From Eledone cirrhosa (taxonomy: Eukaryota), in contig OZ024742.1 of NCBI GenBank assembly GCA_964016885.1, positions 280,860,001 to 280,924,000 on the forward strand: a stretch of 64,000 bases of DNA. The letters are read 5' to 3'. Position 1 is the stretch's first letter. Each line of letters begins with the position of its first letter. Position numbers and translations under genes: made by a program. This document shows positions 58,920 through 64,000 of this stretch, piece after piece. The notes under the pieces are model-generated. The model was not told the DNA's origin and made no database searches. It worked only from the letters and a program-made list of their open reading frames with translations.

Positions 58920-61900
58920 ATGATACAGCGTCGAATCCGATGGAAGGCCTACCATTACGACAAAGGACACTCTAATACCACGGAGGAATTTACTAGGAAA
59001 AAATACGGATTCAAATCCTGCAAAAATCCACCAAATAACCCCCAGCTCGAGGCCTTCGAACTCGACCTCATGAAAATGATAAGTGGAACTAAATTAAAAA
59101 AACCGACACATCACAACAAATTGCAAAACTACATAATGGCACTACTAAAAAAAAATACGCAACATCAACGGTATTATAGTAAAAGCAGACAAAACATCAA
59201 ACATATAACACCATGAGCCTCATTACATACAATAATTTTATACGCCGTGAATTGCACAAAAAACAACAACATAATCTACACTCACTACCATTAATAAGGA
59301 AGGATTTATCATAGTAAAAAAACTGAAAATATCTGATAGAACTGTGCCTCTAACCCCTTGTAACCCCACATTTAACCTAAAATAATTTCGAAATAGACCC
59401 CACAATTAGATTAATATGACCATCTAAGTCGGATATAGAATTAGCAAGTATATACTAGATTGAGTAATCGCACAATTAAGGACAAACTAGTAATTAAGCT
59501 ATGGGGTAACACTAACGAAGCAATAGACTGGTTCAACAAAATAAATAGTAGAGAAACATCTAACTTCGTACAGTTCGACATTAATGACTACTATTCATCC
59601 ATATCCCCAGTCACCCTGGGTAAAGCGCTAATATTTGCCCAGAAAAATTCGGACCTTACCTCGGACAAAATTAAAATAATACTAGCTATTAGAAGGACTA
59701 TCATTAGATTCGAAAATAATTTCTGGGAACAAAAAACAGACAGAATAACTTCAATATCACAATGGGATCTAACAACTCAACTCAGGTAACGCACGTGGTG
59801 GAATATATATATAGCGCACACCATACATAAGGAATTAAAACCTCTAAGGAGGAATTTACAGAGATGATACACGCCTTTTAGCCAAAAGCTTAAATAACAA
59901 AAACATGGAAAAATTACGAAAAATCATTAGAGTATTATTCAACAAACTAGGCCTAGGTATCACTTTCGAACTTAACTCTAAAAAAGCAAATTTCTTAGAT
60001 GTAACACTCAACCTAAACACAGGATTAATAGAGCCCTTCCATAAGAATAACGAGAATCTAGCCTACATTAGTTATAACTGAAACCAACCCCGAACCATGA
60101 TTTACTCCCTAGCACATAGTATATTCTTCAGAATATCCCGCCTATCTTCGAACCTAGACATTTTTAACGAACACGCAAACTATTTAACATAGCTTTACAT
60201 ATGGCTGGACATAAGGAGAAGCTGGAATACATACTAGATAGGGACAACAGCAACAACCATAACGACAACAACACAACCCGGTCATATAGAAATAACAAGC
60301 ATAGGACTAAGCATAAAATTAGACAATGAGCACCAAAAATAACTGAACCAAACACTAATATAAGGACCCCCCAAAACTATTGAAGATCCAGAGCTAGTAA
60401 GTACCTATGGTTCAATCCAATATTCTACTCCTCTATAAAAACTGCACTACCTTCTACATTCTTTAAACTAATAGATAAGCACTTCGCTACTCTACACAAA
60501 TACAATAGAATGTTTAATAGAAAAATTATAAAACTATCCTACTCTACTGCAGCCAACATAGAATCATACATACGCAAAATCAACCACAAACATATATCTA
60601 ACGAAATTAACCTACCAACATACACCATAGCACCAAATACAAAATACAAACACATAACAACATCACAACCACAAACGCATCAGGACGCATCACAACAAAA
60701 CACTTACAGGCCTAAATCACAACCCACCCACAACAACTTACAAAACCGCAACGGTCAACCTGCACACATAAAAACCTCAAATTGTAATTGCCACCTACCG
60801 GATAAGTGCCCACTACAGAATAGATGCCTGGATTCGAGTATGGTATACCTGTGTACTGTAGGTTCAGGCAACTCTACTTCGCAACACATAGGTCCCACGG
60901 CTGAGGATTTCAAGAAAATATGGTACGTCCACAGACACTCCATGAAGAACCGTAGACTGGAGAACTCTACGACACTCGACAATACAATCTGGCAGCTTAA
61001 AAACAAAAACCTAGAATATAAGATTAGCTGGTCAAAATTATCGGTAGCAAGAGCCTACAGCAACGGAATGTCCCACTGCGGACTTTGAATTTAGAACTAC
61101 TACATATTTTACGGTACGTTGGGATGCTGCTTAACAGCAAAATAGAAAGATCAATTTTCTGTAGCCATAAAACAGCTACCAGATTCACAAACTTCAAACC
61201 ACCATGATTTGAACCAGCAATCCTAAAATTAGAACTGAACCACCTAGATTTTTGCATATAGAATACACACCATCGCACTGCTATTAGCTGTCAAACGGCC
61301 AACTGGTCACTGGATCATAAATCTCTGAACATCTCTTTCACCCACTCTCCCTGAAACAGCATCAACCCCAATAAGATAGAACAATCAGCAAAACATTCAC
61401 AACAAACGTTTGTCAAACGTCCCTTCACCCCTAGCCCGTAAATCCCAATTAATCTCTAATTTATTGTTTTTTCTTTTATCTGTCACTACATCAGACCCTC
61501 TACACCTAATCTATGTACATCTCGAATCCTTTTTTTTTACTATGTTAGCACTAAACCCACCAAGGAATCCTTCTAAGAACACTTACTAACCACTACTACA
61601 AACATAATCTGTACTTACATGCTCTCACTTACCCTTATTTATTTATTTATATTTCCCATTTTCTCAATTTCTTACTTTTATAATGTACCTTACCTTTTCT
61701 TTTACTTATTACGTTTTACATCTGTAACTTCTCTACCTATTTACCATATATGTTTTATTATTGATGTTATTGTTTTCATTATACGCTATTCTTCTATATA
61801 TGTCTTGCCTCGAGTGACGCAACTTCACGCGATTAGCAGCCTCTAGACTCACCTGATCAACGAAACAATTGTCAGTACATTAAATAAAGCCCCTTATTGT

Positions 61901-61926
61901 TCAGCCACACTGTGACTTTTCATCTT

Positions 61927-61930
<4 letters not shown>
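58920..61930 (+). mobile_element. Decayed long PLE of the same clade as the 10.5-12.2 kb ORF
   Basis: RIRWKA, YGFKS, VKADK, FVQFDINDYY, NFLDVTLNL, WFNP, CNC..KCPLQNRC, HIGPT; residual GAAACAATTGTC HHR half at 61862. Confidence 0.85.
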
Positions 61931-62000
<70 letters not shown>

Positions 62001-62023
62001 CATATATATACATATATATACAT

Positions 62024-62362
62024 ATAAAAGTAATATATATGAGTAATATATATGATGAAACAGATACCAACATATCTGTATTTATATTGCAAAAGAAAGT
62101 TAGCCATGTTTGGATTTTGAGGTTTAAACTTATCTACTGAACAGGTTTGACTTTGAAATTTAAATATGTATAAACATCATTGCCATTTGGCAGCACAGCT
62201 AGTTTTTGTCGATTTATTATTATTATTATTTTAAATCGATGTGGACGAACTGTGGTAAAATAATTAATATTCTTCAGTCTGGCTAACTTTCTTTTGCAAT
62301 ATAAATACAGATATGTTGGTATCTGTTTCATCATATATATTACTCATATATATTACTTTTAT
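62024..62362. repeat. ~83-bp inverted repeat (62024-62106 and 62280-62362) with a tail into (TA)n
   Basis: Direct reverse-complement match; architecture like the fold-back PLE ends. Confidence 0.85.
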
Positions 62363-62427
62363 ACACGGCTCAGGAATATTTCCTTTCGAGCTAATTCCAT
62401 TGTAAAAGAATTCCTTACACTTAATAT

Positions 62428-62511
<84 letters not shown>

Positions 62512-62780
62512 TATATATATATATCTCACTCATCTTCTTCCATTTCTCCGAGGGTTATAAACCACATTATCAGGCTAGAAATTTCTTTAGTCTAAAATAC
62601 GGTGAAAGCTTATAATTTCTAATTTCTAATAAATATATATATTAGAAAGTGAGGTTATTTTTTACAAAATGAGAAATAACCGAGGTGTCCTACACGAGTG
62701 AAAGTATAAAGAAAAAAAGATGAAATCAAAAATGCAACTGGAGTCTTATTTTTTTTAAAATATATATATTTATTTGGTTC

Positions 62781-62816
62781 CTTTAATGGTTTCGCAGTTC
62801 TTCTTCTTTTCAAAAG
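62781..62816 (-). ncRNA. Degenerate U3-A8 hammerhead (third family)
   Basis: CUU-UUGAAAA-G...C-GAA-ACCAUU-A^AAG. Confidence 0.45.
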
Positions 62817-62879
62817 TAGAGTTGAGATGGAGGGCCTGTAGTTTTTCTCACATCTGGTTGGTCTTTAAATGTTACTTGT

Positions 62880-63370
62880 TTTATATGGAAAAAAGTGGCT
62901 CGAAACGCCAGGTTTTTAGAGAAGTAATTTGATTGGTTGATCAATAAGTATGATACATTTCGCGCCAGTTCGTGTTACAAAGTTCTTCAAACATCGGGGG
63001 GGGGGGGGGGTGGCTCAGGTTGTTTTTTTCATATAAGTGTCTTTGAATTTCTTTTTACTTAAAAAAAGGGGCTTACGAAGGCTTTTTTTTTTAAATGTAA
63101 TTTGATTGGTTATAAATGAAATCATGGCTGTCACGTGAACAAGTTCATTAAATTTGGGGCCCGTATTTGGGAATTTATTTTGTAGCCGTTTAGAGAATTT
63201 TATGACAATAAAAAAATGGCTCACGAACGCTTTTTTATTTTAATGTAATTTGATTGGTTATAAATGAAATTATGGCTGTCACGTGAACAAGTTCATTAAA
63301 TTTCGCGCCTGTATTTGGGAATTTATTTTGTAGCCTTTTAGAGAATTTTATAACAAGCAAAAAATGGTCA
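62880..63370 (-). repeat. ~150-bp tandem units in a pLTR homologous to 53420-53610
   Basis: GTAATTTGATTGGTT..GTCACGTGAACAAG..TTTCGCGCC repeated. Confidence 0.75.
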
Positions 63371-64000
63371 AGAGAAATGGGATGGGAGAATTGTTCTGGT
63401 TCAGTGGATATGGCTAGTTCGCAGGGGTGTCAGAGTTCAGATTTTCTATTGAAATAAAGAAAGTAGACATATGTATTTTTATTTGTGTGTTTGTGTGTGT
63501 GTGTATGTGTGTGTGTGTGTATATGGAGATGATTCTATTGGTAGAAATGGGGGAGGGAGTTGTGTGTGTATATGGGTGTTATGTGTGTGTGTTTAGGAAT
63601 ATGTTAAGATGGAGAGAATATATATATATATATATCGTGTGTGTGTGTGTGTGTATAGAAAGATGATTCTATTTGTAGAAATGGGGGAGGGAGTTGTGTG
63701 TGTGTGTATATGGGTGCTGTGTGTGTGTGGGAGTATGTTAAGATGGAGAGAATATATATATTTTGTGTGTGTGTGTGTGTGGGAAAGTGATTCTATTAGT
63801 AGAAATGGGGGAGGGAGTTGTGTGTGGGGGGAGTTATATGTGCGTGTGTATGGGTGTTATGTGCGCGTGGGAGTATGGTTAGCATGTTAAGATGAAGAAG
63901 AGAATATATATTGGGGGGGGGGGGGTGATTCCGTGAGTAGGAATATTTTTGAATGAACATATTTTCCTTATTTATTCGTATTTGTTCTGTTGCATTGTCA

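Overview
Eukaryotic, AT-rich, repeat-saturated non-genic DNA. The SINE types and the (TA)n/(CA)n/(TTA)n load suggest an octopus-like mollusc (inference). I found no host protein-coding gene; nearly all short ORFs in the track are microsatellite or antisense artefacts. Contents: (1) Many Penelope-like elements (PLEs): one young copy (9460-13495) with an open RT+GIY-YIG frame between ~1-kb inverted pseudo-LTRs, several decayed copies, and tiny fold-back PLE ends sitting in (TA)n. (2) About a dozen type I hammerhead ribozyme (HHR) motifs read directly from the sequence. Three different PLE-end families use the non-canonical U3-A8 core (UUGANAA instead of CUGANGA). (3) A ~23.5-kb nested array (24.0-47.5 kb) of TAA/TTA-repeat-associated non-LTR retrotransposons: R4/Dong-type RT-REL elements, all on the minus strand, plus a Tx1/L1-type element on the plus strand. 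(4) tRNA-derived SINEs, a non-autonomous Helitron-like element and an RTE fragment. All calls are from manual reading; clade names are motif-based and were not checked by database search.
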